DNA of 64,000 bases, taken from contig NC_058368.1 of NCBI RefSeq assembly GCF_018350175.1, positions 145,268,001 through 145,332,000 of the forward strand. Reading direction: 5' to 3'. Below the pieces are notes generated by a model. That model did not search any database, was not told the DNA's origin, and was given only the letters and a program-made list of their open reading frames with translations. This DNA comes from Felis catus (lineage: Eukaryota). Position 1 is the stretch's first letter, and every line of letters starts with the position of its first letter. Both the position numbers and the translations under genes were made by a program. Positions 37,116-48,892 of this stretch are shown one piece after another.

Positions 37116-37272
37116 CATGTCTCAATGATTTTGCCTGCAGATTCTTATCCTTTAGATGGTGTGCAACTTGTTGAATGTTTGAAGGATCCAGCACAGCAAC
37201 ACAGAACAAAGTACATGTGGAGTTAGAGCCCCCAGGTACTAGAGTGGAGTTCATTGGAGTAGCATTTGTCAT
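37116..37272 (-). pseudogene. ZSWIM-like first coding exon remnant (BC-box region)
   Basis: ATG-open frame; VLDPSNIQQVAHHL vs recalled ZSWIM8 LVELSAKQVAFHI; weak donor atg|gtatct. Confidence 0.55.
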
Positions 37273-38911
37273 TCTACTTCATGTAGCTTTGTTTTCACTT
37301 CATGGAATTTTATCCACAAGAACATTGCTCAGAGTGTGTTTGTGGCATGTTTTGCACTGACTACCAAGAGAGAACGCTGCATTGACCACGACGTAATTAG
37401 ACTTCCTTCTGCATGACTTCATTCACGACTGACACGTGGATTCTTCCCAGGACTGGTTGTGAACCCTGTAAAACCACAGTACGATAAATTATCGTCATCA
37501 TTCCTCAGAAGACTGTGTCACATTTGCCCACAACCATTGGATGAACCTACCTTTTAAAAATAGATGTGTTTTTGCACTCTTGAAACTACTTATTTTCTTA
37601 CTCTTTGTCACAGCCAGCCTAGTTTAAGCTGACGGTAAAAAGAGGTTTTGGAGGTTTTCCACCACAAGGTTATTTAAAGTTCTTTGAGCTGCCGCCAGAC
37701 CTTCATTTAGCATTTTAATAAACTTCCTGGGCCAAGGAGTAATTTTCCTGTATCCTCTTTGTCCTCAGCATGAAGTAATAGTACAAAAGAGGGTCATCAT
37801 TTTTAGGCCAGTCATCTGCATTAATTATAAAATTATCCTTATGAATAACCAGATATAAGGTCTGGGATAGAGAAAAGGGGGAGCAGGCTTCTTTCTGTGG
37901 TTAACATTTAAAAGGGGAGTCATAGACACATCAAGGATTTAAGGAAGTGCCAACAGAAATATTTTTTTTCACACAGAGTTAGAAAGGACATTAAAAGAAA
38001 CTGCACATACAGTCAAGTTATCACAAGATAACTAGAATTAAATTGCCTAAACATTTGCTTACTTGTGGTATCCTTATCTGGAGACTCTCTAAAGGCAGAA
38101 GTACCAATAGACTCCCATGTTTACATGGTGATATGGAAATAGGCCTCCAAAACAGTTAGTTGTGAGGATCCCCAGAGAATTGTTTGGAACCTACATCTCT
38201 GGGTACAGTGTGATGTCACTTTTCAGTGTTTCTAGGCTTTGGGCCAAAACTCAGTTTCAGGAAAATAATTGCAAAAATGTTTAAATAATTTGCATGAGGT
38301 TTGTGAAAGCAAAGGAAAAGCTGCCTGTTCCATTCCCAAAGGAGATTTCAAGACACAATCAATGTTAGGCCGCAAAACACTGTTTAGACAGAATAATTAT
38401 CAGCCCTTTCCCTTCTCTTTCATTATTAAACTGAGGCCTATTCCCTCTGAGGGTTTCACCTGGCATATGGAAATACTGTTGTTGCTAAGTCCTCTTTATG
38501 GATGTTCAAATAGGCTAAGTAAATTCAGAGTTTACTAAATTGGCTCATTCATGGATATTATTTGACATGAAGTTGCTTCTATGTCATGATTAGCTTTTTT
38601 ATTTCCATTCATGTTATAATCAAGTATGATGGAATTATATAGGAAGGTTTCAAACTATGTGGAGAATTCTTAAAAATGTATCCCAATGCTGAATTCATTT
38701 CATTCATTGTTGACTCCTTAAGACTTAGCTCAAAGAGCCTTAAGTGACAGGATCATCAAAACAACGCACAGAAGGATGCAGTGGGTGGAATCGTATTAAG
38801 ACAAAAAAGTAAAGCCGTGTTTAAATCGTGTTACAGCTATCAATGCCCAAATTACAGTACAGTTATTTCTTTAGGGAACTACTTAAAGTATTGTTTGAAT
38901 GGAAACAAGGT

Positions 38912-38940
38912 TTTGTTTGTTTGTTTGTTTGTTTGTTTTT
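38912..38940. repeat. (TTTG)n
   Basis: Directly visible. Confidence 0.9.
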
Positions 38941-39169
38941 ACAGAGATTCTTAAAATGATATTATCTGATTTAAAGAGACATGGCTAATTTTCATATTGT
39001 AGTTTATTGATTCTGAAAGTTCAGGAATGAATACATTGAATGAGTGGCACTGTTAGAATGCACACAAATACAATTTTACTTCTCCTCCGTCCTCCCACAC
39101 TGCCTATTCAAATCCACTCTGTGAAGGTAGTTTTCCCCTTGCCTTTGGAGAGGGACCATAAGGGATGGG

Positions 39170-39290
<121 letters not shown>

Positions 39291-39644
39291 TTTAGCTAAC
39301 AAAATGTCTTTTGGACACTTTTAACCTAAAGCAAGCCTTATGTTAATAATTAATTCTAATCCCATGTAATAGTTAAAACATTGACTTGAAGTTAAGTATC
39401 TTTTCCTACTTTGAGCCACCAGTGGGAAATGGGGAGAAGTTGACTTCTCTCTTTATTCTGCCTTTTCTTTTCTGCCACACACTGTGACTTCTGACCCCTC
39501 CAGGGTTGGGATGTGAGTGAGGGAGAAAAAAAGAGGTAAGGAAACAGGCAAAGGTTTACTTGACTAGTACCCTCCTGAGCTAGTGTTGGCCCTCTCCAGA
39601 ACTGGTGAATGTTTAAGCCCAACTTTTTCTCTCATGGGCACATC

Positions 39645-39645
<1 letters not shown>

Positions 39646-39680
<35 letters not shown>
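39646..39680. repeat. (GATT)n
   Basis: Directly visible. Confidence 0.92.
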
Positions 39681-40684
39681 TCTCCCAAATCATTGGGGAT
39701 CTCTTACTTGGAAGGGACTTTTTAACAATAGAAACATGTCTTCTCCAGTTGGTCTTTTATTATGCATCCATTAGCTCTGGAGTATCTCGAAAAAACCTTT
39801 ACCCCTTTATGCTTGTCCTCACCTTTCCAGGTGGTCCTTCTGGGAAGATCCTTAGACAGCTCTGGCCTGACTCGTTCATTCATGGCTTAATCTGGTCTAC
39901 GAAATGCTGATCTGATGTCACTTATACTACTATAGTGATTCCCCTCTACTCTGTAGCTAACAGAATCTTGGGCCAGTACATATTTTTCCAGTCTGTGTCA
40001 GGCATGCAGTTCCCATACTATTGAGAATACATGGGATACTTTCTGGGTGGTCCCAGAAGGGGCCCTCTCACATTTGAAGTGAGGAGGTATCTCCCACCCC
40101 ACCTAACCTTTAAGGGAGTTAGAGTCTCAGCACAACTGTCTCCAAAGATACCTTGTCTGTTGGCCTCTCTAACCTCTTTTTTGAGGGTGGAGTTAGCAGT
40201 TTTGACCAACTTTTCTATAAGTCCTACTTAGATGGTCTTGAAACTCACTTTGGAAAGTTGCTGTAGATAAAATCCAAGACAACTGCAAGTGATTATGCAG
40301 TTTGTATCCTACACAAAGGTATTAAGTTAAGAGGATGAGTGAATGCCGAATTTCAGCTCTTGCTCCTCTAGCAACACAGGATACCAGAAGGAGCACTTTA
40401 TTATAATTCACCTACCCACTGGGATTGCTTTTTTGCTGATTTGCACAGGCACCTATTGTCTTGGAGCCCTGGTTGAAACTGAGATAGAGTCCCATTTAAA
40501 ATCCCCTTTTTAGTTAGATGAGTTGTAGGATTGGCAGTCTCTCTAGATGAAAACCATCTACAGATATTGATGACACCTGTGACAAGTGTTCAACTGAATG
40601 TCACAAGTCACCAAAAGGCCAAAGAACACCCATTTGTTATCCTACTACTTTTTATTAAAACAAAATACCATGTTTTTTAAAGTG

Positions 40685-41910
40685 GAGATTTTTAATAAGA
40701 GTGCCAAGGCACTTCAATGGGAAAAGAAGTCTTTTCAGCAAAAGGTGTTTAGGCAACTAGGTATCCACATGCAAAATAAATAAATAAAATATGACTCCTA
40801 ATTCACATCATGTGCAAAAATTAACTTAAAATGGGTTATAGATCTAAATAGAAGAGTGAGAGCAAAATGTCTTAGAAGAAAACATAGGAACAAATCTTTG
40901 TGACCTTAGATTAGGTAATGGTTTCTTAGATATGACACCAAAAGCACAAGCTACCAAAGAAAAATTGATCAGTTAGATTTAATCAAAATTTTAAAAAATT
41001 GGTGCATCAAAGGATATCAAGAAAGTGAAAAGTGACACCTGAAACTAATATAACACTGTATGTTAATTATACTCGAATTTTTAAAAAATGGTAAAAAAAA
41101 TAACTATCACATCAGATAAATAAAGTTCTTTATCAGAAGACCAAAAAAAAAAAAAAAAAAAAAAAGGAAGTGAAAAGACAACCCACAGAAGGGGAGAAAA
41201 TGTTAGCAGATTATATAGGTGATAAAATAGAGAACTGACAACGACAAAAAAGACAACCTAAATGTGAACAAAGTTTCTAAATAAGCGTTTCTTCAAAGAA
41301 GATATTCAAATGGCCAATAAGCAGGTGAAAAGGGGATCAACATCATGAGTCATTAGGAAATACAATTAAAACCACAGTGAGATCCATGTCACACCCACTA
41401 AGATGGGTTTAATAAAAAAGATAATAGCAAGTTTTGGTTACCTCACTGGAAACCTCACACACTGCTGCTAGAAATGTAAAATGGTGTAGCCACTTTGGAA
41501 AACAATTTGGCAGTTCTTTACAAAGTTAAGCATAAAGTTACCATATCACTCAGAAAGTCCACTTCCAGGTATAAACACAAAAGGGTTGAAAATGTGTGTC
41601 TACCCAAAAACTTGTATAGGGATTTTCATAACAGCATCATTCATAGTAGCCAAAAAGTGGAAAAAACCCAAAGTCTATCAGCTCATGAACTATTAAACAA
41701 AATGTGCTATATCCATACAATATAATATTATTCAGGAATAAAAAGAGGTGAAGAACTGATTCATGCTACAAAACTGGAAAAACTTGAAAACATTATCCCA
41801 AGTCAAAGAAATCAGTCACAAAGCACCATATACAGTATAATTCCATTTATATGAAATGTCCAGAATAGGTAAATCCATAGAGACAGTAAGTAGATTTGTG
41901 GTTGCCTAGG
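40685..41910 (+). mobile_element. L1MB-type ORF2 3' end and 3'UTR
   Basis: gtgccaaggcacttcaatggg...ttagaagaaaacatagga...cagaataggtaaatccatagagacag. Confidence 0.9.
41033..41163 (+). mobile_element. Truncated carnivore L1 with 3' transduction, nested in L1MB
   Basis: acacctgaaactaatataacactgtatgtt terminus, unique 42-nt tag with AATAAA, A23; TSD aagaaagtgaaaag/aaggaagtgaaaag. Confidence 0.85.
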
Positions 41911-41914
41911 CCAA

Positions 41915-42870
41915 TTTTATTTGGGGCAGTTCATTGTCAGTATATAGACATAAAATTGATTTTTATATTGATCTTATATCCTGAAAATTTGCTGAACATT
42001 TTTTGTTTATTGGTCTTTTAGTGGATTTCTTAGGATTTTCTGTAGATCAGATGTTTCAGCTATAACAGAGCTAATTTTACTTCTTTTCAATCTGGATGAC
42101 TTTGATTGATTGATTAATTTTTTTTGCCTGATTTCACTGGCTAGAACCTCCCATACTATGCTGAACAGAAGAAGTGAATGCAGTCATCTTTGTCTTATTC
42201 CTCATTATAGGGAAAAGTGTTCAGTCTTTTATCATAAAGAATGATTTTGCTGTAGATTTTTTGTAGAGGCCCTTTGTCAGGTTGCAGAATTTTTCTTCTA
42301 TTCCAAGATGGTTAATAGATTTTGTATTTTCTAAAATCATGAATATGTATAGAATTTTGTCAAATGTCTAATTAGTTGAATGTATGTTTATTGTTTTTTA
42401 TCCTCTTAATATTGCATGTTATACTGAATGATTTTCATATGTTAAACCAATCTTGTATTCCTAGGGTATATTCCATTTGGTCATGGTATATAATCTTTTT
42501 TATATATTGCTAGATTTGGTTTGTTAGTATTTTGAGGATTTTTGGCTCTACATCTTAAGGCCTCTTATCTTTTGCTTTCTCTCAGCCTTTTTTGTCTATT
42601 TAACTTTGCCAATTATGTCTTTAGCAGTGCAAAGTTTTCTAGCTTTTATGCAACGGAACTGGTCAGTACTTCCTTATGGATTCATAGTATTTTTTTTCTT
42701 GTTGGGAAAGATCATTCCTACTCCAAGAACATAAAACTCTTTGCCTATAGTTTTCTTTAATATAATAATTATTTTATTTTATTTTTTTATGTGTAGAGAG
42801 TTAATCAATTGGGAATTTATCTTTATACAAGCTATAAGGTGAAGACCCAATGGTCTGTTTTTTAAAAGTC
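41915..42870 (-). mobile_element. Old L1M ORF2 fragments
   Basis: cactggctagaacctccc...; ccatttggtcatggtatataatc. Confidence 0.8.
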
Positions 42871-42879
42871 ATTTAGTAA

Positions 42880-44335
42880 TTCAACAATTTATTAAAATTC
42901 ATTTAACCAAATTATTAAACATCTGCAAAATGCTAAACACCATTCCAAGCATTATAAATGTAACTTTTAAAAAACAGACAAGGTCCCTGTTCTAACTTAT
43001 GTGAAAGAAAAAGTTAACAAAAAATTAAATAATAAAATAAATAAGGTAATTTCAGATAGCTAGAAGTGCAATGAAGGAAATAAAGCAGGGTGATATAATG
43101 GAGAATAATAGAGCTTTGTTAGATGCTATGGTAAGGGAAGGCTCCTCTAAGATAGTATATTTGTGTTGAAGATCCAGCCATTGGAAGATCCAAGAAAAGT
43201 GTTCTAGGTAGAGGAGCAAGCAAGCACAGACAAGGGTTCTGAGGCTGGAGTAAGCTTAGTGTGTTCAGGCAACAGAATGAAACTCCCCTATGGATGGAGT
43301 GAAGTGAGTGAGATATAGAATTTCACCAAATGAGGCAGAGAGTTAGATTAGGGCTAGTTCATGCAGGGACTTTCAGGCCACATTAAAGAAAGCAGCGAAA
43401 GTTATTAAGTAATAGAACATCTGGTCCAATGTATATTTGAAAATATGTAAGCTGTGACTATATGACTATGATGTGGAGAACAGATTATAGTAGGACAGTA
43501 GATAAGGGATAATAGTGGCTTGAACTCAGGAGGTACACATGAATATGGAGAGAATTGTACAGATTTAAGGTATATTTTGGAGACAATAATAATAACAGAC
43601 ATTTATTGAACACATACAATGCATCAGCTACTGTGCTAATCTCCTAAGAATTTATTATCCCAACCATTACCCAATGACTTAGGTAATGGTGTTATCCTTG
43701 TTTTACAGATGATAAGTTGATCAAGTGTAGGTAGGTTGCCCAAGGTTATAGAATTGGTCAATGATAGAGCCAGGATCTGAACCTAGATAGCCTGGTTCCA
43801 GGGCTCATGTGCTTAAGCAATATTTTTATTCTCTCTCAAGCAGAAACCATTGGATGTGGTGGTAAAATGAATGTTGGAGGTTGAAAGAAAAGCAGAAATC
43901 AGAGATGGTTCAGGCTTTTGCACTGATGACCTTGGTAGATAGTGGTTTCTTTATTAAGATAGGAAATATTAGGGGGACTATAATCTATACTATAATCTGT
44001 GTTTATATGTTTGGTAATGGTGGTGGGGAAGGTAGTAGTGGAAGGGGGTAGTTTAGAAATATCAAATTTTAGATATCTTAAGTGGAATGTCAAATAGGCA
44101 GTTTAGGAGTTAGGTAAGGGCTAGAGAGACTAATTTATGACTCATAGGTACAGAGTTGGTATTTAGAGTCAGATTTTCAGGTAAGGTAGATCTAAAAAAG
44201 AAAATAATGAGGTCCGTGTTCAAGTTCTGGTGTATAAAGTTGGAGAAGGAGAAGCCAGGAAATGAGACAGAAAGGACCAGCCAATTATGTACAGGGAACG
44301 CTTCGAGAGTGTGGTGTCTTGGAAGTCATGAGGCA
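42880..44335 (-). mobile_element. L2 fragment with a MIR inserted at about 43585-43820
   Basis: ggtaagggaaggctcctctaag; MIR core ttttacagatgataag...gcccaagg. Confidence 0.75.
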
Positions 44336-44339
44336 ACAA

Positions 44340-44850
44340 TTCCAAAATACAGTTTATTGAATAACCCATCCCTTTCCCCACTGATCTGAAATTCCACTTT
44401 TATCGTATTAAAAAAAGAAATGTTTAGCCAGGTTTATCTCCAGAGTCTTCTACTCTACCTGCCTATTCTGCCCTAAGCACAAACAAGGTGCTGTATTAAC
44501 CATTGCCTTATATTAGGCTGTAATTTTCAAAAAGTTTCTGGATACTCTCACATATTAGTTTTTTAAGATCTACACTAACTTGTCATATTCCAAATAATCC
44601 CATTGGAATGGCATTGAATTTACACAACCTTTTGGGGGAATATTGATGTCTTCATAACAATCAGTTCTCACCAGGAAAAGAATTTGCTCCTCTTCCATTC
44701 AGATTTTTTCCTATGTCCTCAGCAAAGATTTATGGTTTTCTTCCTGGAGGTCTAACATGCTTGCTCGTAAATTTATTCCTGGATATTTTATGGTTCTGGT
44801 TGCTAACATATATCAGCTTCTTTTTATTGCAGTCCTTAATTGATTATTGC
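44340..44850 (-). mobile_element. L1ME fragment
   Basis: tttattgaataacccatccctttccccactgatctgaaa. Confidence 0.6.
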
Positions 44851-45089
44851 TGGGTTTATTAGAGTTCTTTGTTGTAACCCACAGACACCAACTCTGACCA
44901 ACTTGAGCCAAAAGGGAACTGAATAGAAGTAAATGGGGGAATTCATTTGATTAAAGGGAGATTGATGAACCAGGCTCAGAATACAACTTTTTATAATAAT
45001 AAGAAAAGGTATTTTAATTAATAAATTTTATAAAACGAATGATTAAAGTTAAAATCTAGTAGTTAAGATGTTTAAAATGGAAACCTATT

Positions 45090-45832
45090 AATATCTTTAT
45101 TATACAAATAACTCCTAAAATTTTAAAACACTATGAACCTAAAAGATAAATGTAAAAAGGACAAAAATAAACACTTCACAAAGTAGGAAAAAACCCCACA
45201 GATATGAAAAATTAATCAGCTTCACTATTAGTAAAGAAATGTCATATAATAAGTACTACTTTTTCATCTATCAAATTAACAGAGTGTTTTGTTTTTGTTT
45301 TTGTTTTGTAAATGGTTAATTCTGGCAAGGGATTAGGAAAATTGAGTATTCTTACCCAATGTTGGCAAAATGTAAAATGGTATAAGAAGTGTCAGATGCC
45401 TTAAAGATGTTTGCATTTATATGAATGTCATTGATTTAGTAGCTATACTTTTAGGGTTCTATCTTTTGTAAATGATTTTAAACATAGAATACATTTTATG
45501 TGCAAAGATGTTCAGTGCAGCTTTGTTTATAAAATAATAAAATATTGGAAGCAGCTAACATGGGGGAAATGATTAAGGATTTTATAGTACATCCACTTGG
45601 TAGAATATTAAATGACCTTTAAATGTGAGCTTTACGAAGGCTAAATAATAACTAGAATTGCTAATGTTAATATGTGGAGGAGAAAAAAGCACCCAGTTGT
45701 CTGGAAATATACTCTAGTGATATCTTTGTTTCCCAGGACTTAGGTGATGTTTCTTTCTATTTTTTCTGCAATTTTCATAAATTTTCTACAGTGAGTACAT
45801 TTTACTTCTATAATAATAAAATAGGAAAAAAA
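45090..45832 (+). mobile_element. L1ME 3' end
   Basis: caaagatgttcagtgcagctttg...ttttctacagtgagtacattttacttctataat. Confidence 0.6.
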
Positions 45833-46339
45833 ATCCAGCAGAGCCTATGTCTACTTTTAGCTGATTGTTCTTTTAATCCTTATTTCCTTAAGGCAAGGAC
45901 ATCAGATTTGAAATTTCCCATCTTTCCCATTCCCTGCCTCTAAATGCTGGTCTCTCGATGCCATCTTGGATGTTCTCTCCCTTTTCAAGGCTAACTTGTC
46001 TTCTCTAGACTGCTGCTCTGTCATTCTTCTTCAGTCTCCAGCATTTTCAATCTCTTCCTCTTCATTAGTTCCTTTCCCTCAAGCAACACTGTACACAGGT
46101 CTCATCTTTCTTGAAACAATTGTTACTTGACCCTGTTGCTTTTAATGCTCGAAATCCTTTTTCTCTCCTTTTTATCACCACACATCCTTTATTTCATTAT
46201 CATTGTGCTTTTTTTCTCTCTCTCTCTCTCACCTCTCTTCAGAACACATCCTGGAAGGTCACTAGGAAACTTCTAGTTTGTATATATTAGATAGAAGATC
46301 CTCCTCCACCTGGCCAAGCCATCTTATTTTTCCGATTAT

Positions 46340-46522
46340 GGCACTGCCATTTTCTGGCTGTGTCACTTTAGGCTTTATTTCAGTGCTCTCTGTGCATCAG
46401 GTTTTTTACTTGCAAAATGGGGGCAATATCAGAAACCTACGACAAAGGTGTTGTGGGGAATAAATGCGTTAATATGGACACTGCTTATAGCAGTGCCTGG
46501 CACATAGAAACATTCAATTGAA
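46340..46522 (+). mobile_element. MIR SINE
   Basis: cagtgcctggcacatag terminus. Confidence 0.8.
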
Positions 46523-46532
46523 GATTGTTGGG

Positions 46533-46590
46533 TTTTTAAAATGTTTATTTATTTATTTTGAGAGATTCTCTCCTCTCTCTGCCCTGCCCC
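46533..46590 (-). mobile_element. Rearranged Can-SINE fragment (reverse tail plus forward internal piece)
   Basis: tttaaaatgtttatttatttattttgaga joined to gattctctcctctctctgccctgcccc. Confidence 0.65.
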
Positions 46591-46603
46591 TATTATTATT
46601 TTT

Positions 46604-46840
46604 ATAACAAAAAAATTTAAGTAGTTTTTTTTAATGTTTACTTATTTATTTTGCGAGACAGAGAGACAGAGAGAGAGAGACAGAGAGACAGAGAGAGAGA
46701 CAGAGACAGAGAATCCCAGGCAGGCTCCGCATTGTCAGCACAGAGCCCAACGTGGGGCTCAAACTCACTCAACGGTGAGATCATGACCGGAGCCAAAATC
46801 AAGAGCCCCATGCTTAACCTACTGAGCCACCCAGGAGCCC
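46604..46840 (-). mobile_element. Can-SINE
   Basis: TSD tattattatttt. Confidence 0.95.
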
Positions 46841-46979
46841 GAGAATATTATTATTTTATCCATAACAACCCACAGACAAGAAAAGTTCTCACTGATGTGA
46901 GGATCCCTACCTAAGGCACGACGTGCCAAGACTGGAAGCCTGATTCCTCACTTCCAGGTCAGTCCTCTTCACCACATTG

Positions 46980-47635
46980 CAGTCTTCCCCACCTGCCTGC
47001 AGTTTCACCTTCCACAGGGTAGTTACTTATGGCGAACACCTGTGTGGAAGCAGATGCTCCTCCTTCTGACTACTTGGAAGGTCAATAGCAGCCTACCGCT
47101 ATGTTACAGTGCCTTTGTCATTCACCTTGTGTCATCTTATAAGGCAGGCATTTTATCATCTCACTCATCACAAGGAGGTGATTACAGTACATTACGACAA
47201 GATATTTTGTGTGTGAGAGAGAGACCACATTTACATCACTTACCTCATAGTATCTTGTTATAATTGTTCTATTGCTAGTTATTTTTGTTTGTTTGTTTAT
47301 TTACTATTTTTGAGAGAGAGAGAGAGAGAGCATGTGAGCAGGGAAGCATCAGACAGAGCAGGGATAGAGGATCCAAAGCAGGCTCTGTGATGACAGCAGA
47401 GGGCTCAAACTCACGAACCATGAGATCATGACCTGGGTGGAAGCCAGACACTTAACCACTGAGCCATCCAGGCACCCCATGTTGTTCATCTCTTACTGTG
47501 CCTAATTTGTAAGTTCAACTTTGTCATAGGTATACATGTATAGGAAAAACATTGTCTATATAGAGTTCAGTACTATTGGCCGTTTCTGGCGTTCACTGAG
47601 GATCTTGGACATATCCTGGCAGATGGGGACTACTG
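46980..47635 (+). mobile_element. MER44 (Tigger7-derived) element hosting a SINE
   Basis: cagtcttcccc start; gagagaccacatt; ggggactactg|ta end. Confidence 0.85.
47283..47478 (-). mobile_element. Can-SINE
   Basis: Reverse head ccaggcacccc. Confidence 0.92.
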
Positions 47636-47899
47636 TATACTTTTTCTTAAATTCTTTTCTATGTTTTCTTTTCTGCAACCTTCCTGTGGCGTTTGCAATT
47701 ATTATTTCCTCCTTGGAATCCTCCTAACTCATGATACTACTTCATTTTTCTATATCCTTTTACATAGTTTCTCTTTTGCCTCCTACATTTTCCCCAAAAT
47801 GCAATCCTTGTGTTGTGCTTTTCTCTTGGTTTGCTCTCTCCCTTTAGTGTTATTATGTCCTGGCTTCATCAATTTCATCCATGTGGTAATTCCTTGCCA

Positions 47900-48020
47900 T
47901 GACCAAGATCGTGGCTTTGTACAACTCTAGGGGGTGCCATGTACATCCTAGTCTTTGTGAATGCCACTCCTTGGAGTAGGCAATGCAGAACCTGAGTGTA
48001 TGCTATGACTCTAGTCCTGA
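47900..48020. mobile_element. MER91-like hAT MITE
   Basis: acaactctagggggtgccat...gtgaatgccactccttggagt near-palindrome. Confidence 0.55.
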
Positions 48021-48766
48021 CTTCTCTCCTTAGTGACTACCCAGTAAGTCAGACTGCTTGTCATACATTTCCATTTGAATGTCCCATTATCACCTCTAAT
48101 TTGTGTGTGAAAAATGATTGCCTCACTTTATCTCCAGGACGAGGGGCTTTTCCTTCCCTTTCTACTTCTATATAAAGAAATTCCATTCAACTAATCCTCC
48201 GCCTCAGATCCTAAATTCCAGGATTATAGCCTCCCTACTAATGTCTTATCACTCATGCCTGACCAGTTTGTCAGGCAGCTGAGTTCTGGTTTTGAAGTCA
48301 GCACAGACCCACAGAGAATGCTTGTCACAGTAGCCTGAGCTGAGGCTGTTCAGCAGTAGCCTTGCTGTTCTGGAGAAGATGCTCAGCTGAGTAAGGCATG
48401 GGGACCAATGTGAACTGATGGAGAGAGTCAGAGATCAGGATCAGAGCAAAATGTGAGAAAGAGGTATACAAAGACAATGAGGCAAGGAGTTGTTGCTGAA
48501 GACATCAGGAATAAGTGAGAACACAGTGTGCAAGGCTGATTGAAAACTCAGACTGTAAGAAAGTTGAGGTCTAACCCTGAAAGGTACTGCTTTTGTAGCA
48601 TGGGACTCATCCCTAGGGTCTCTTTTTAAAATGTGCCTACAATTCCCACTGCCCTTATCTTAATTCACTGCCTTGGTGCTTTTATGTACTGTTGAATCTC
48701 CTTACTTCTGATTCTACCTCTCCCCCAACATTAGGTTAATTTTCTGAATCCTCTGCCTTGAGCATC

Positions 48767-48892
48767 CATCTTAGTCTGTGGTAGCTTAAAAATAACACTT
48801 ATTTCTTATAGTTTTGGAGGCTGTGAAGTCCAAGATCAAGGTGCCGGCAGATTTGGTGTCTGGTAAGAGCAAGCTTCCTGGTTCATAGATAG
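48767..48892 (-). mobile_element. MLT1A-type fragment
   Basis: ggaggctgtgaagtccaagatcaaggtgccggcagatttggtgtctgg. Confidence 0.8.

Larger units (their letters stand above)
24629..37272 (-). pseudogene. Ancient intron-containing pseudogene of a ZSWIM4/5/6/8-family (SWIM zinc finger, BC-box E3 adaptor) paralog
   Basis: About ten exon remnants translate in collinear order into ZSWIM motifs, many with AG/GT borders; numerous stops, frameshifts and TE insertions. Confidence 0.8.

Noticed and set aside
24629..37272. A functional ZSWIM gene or a processed retrocopy
   Set aside because: Many stops, frameshifts and exonic TE insertions exclude function; splice borders and the lack of a poly(A)/TSD exclude a retrocopy
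37470..37525. Minus-strand SLLRNDDDNLSYCGF as the ZSWIM SFP..E.DI motif
   Set aside because: Lies upstream of the BC-box-like segment, so it is out of order; treated as chance
40685..42545. Adjacent opposite-strand L1 pieces as one twin-primed insertion
   Set aside because: No shared TSD; the + piece lacks its tail; the pieces look like different-age fragments
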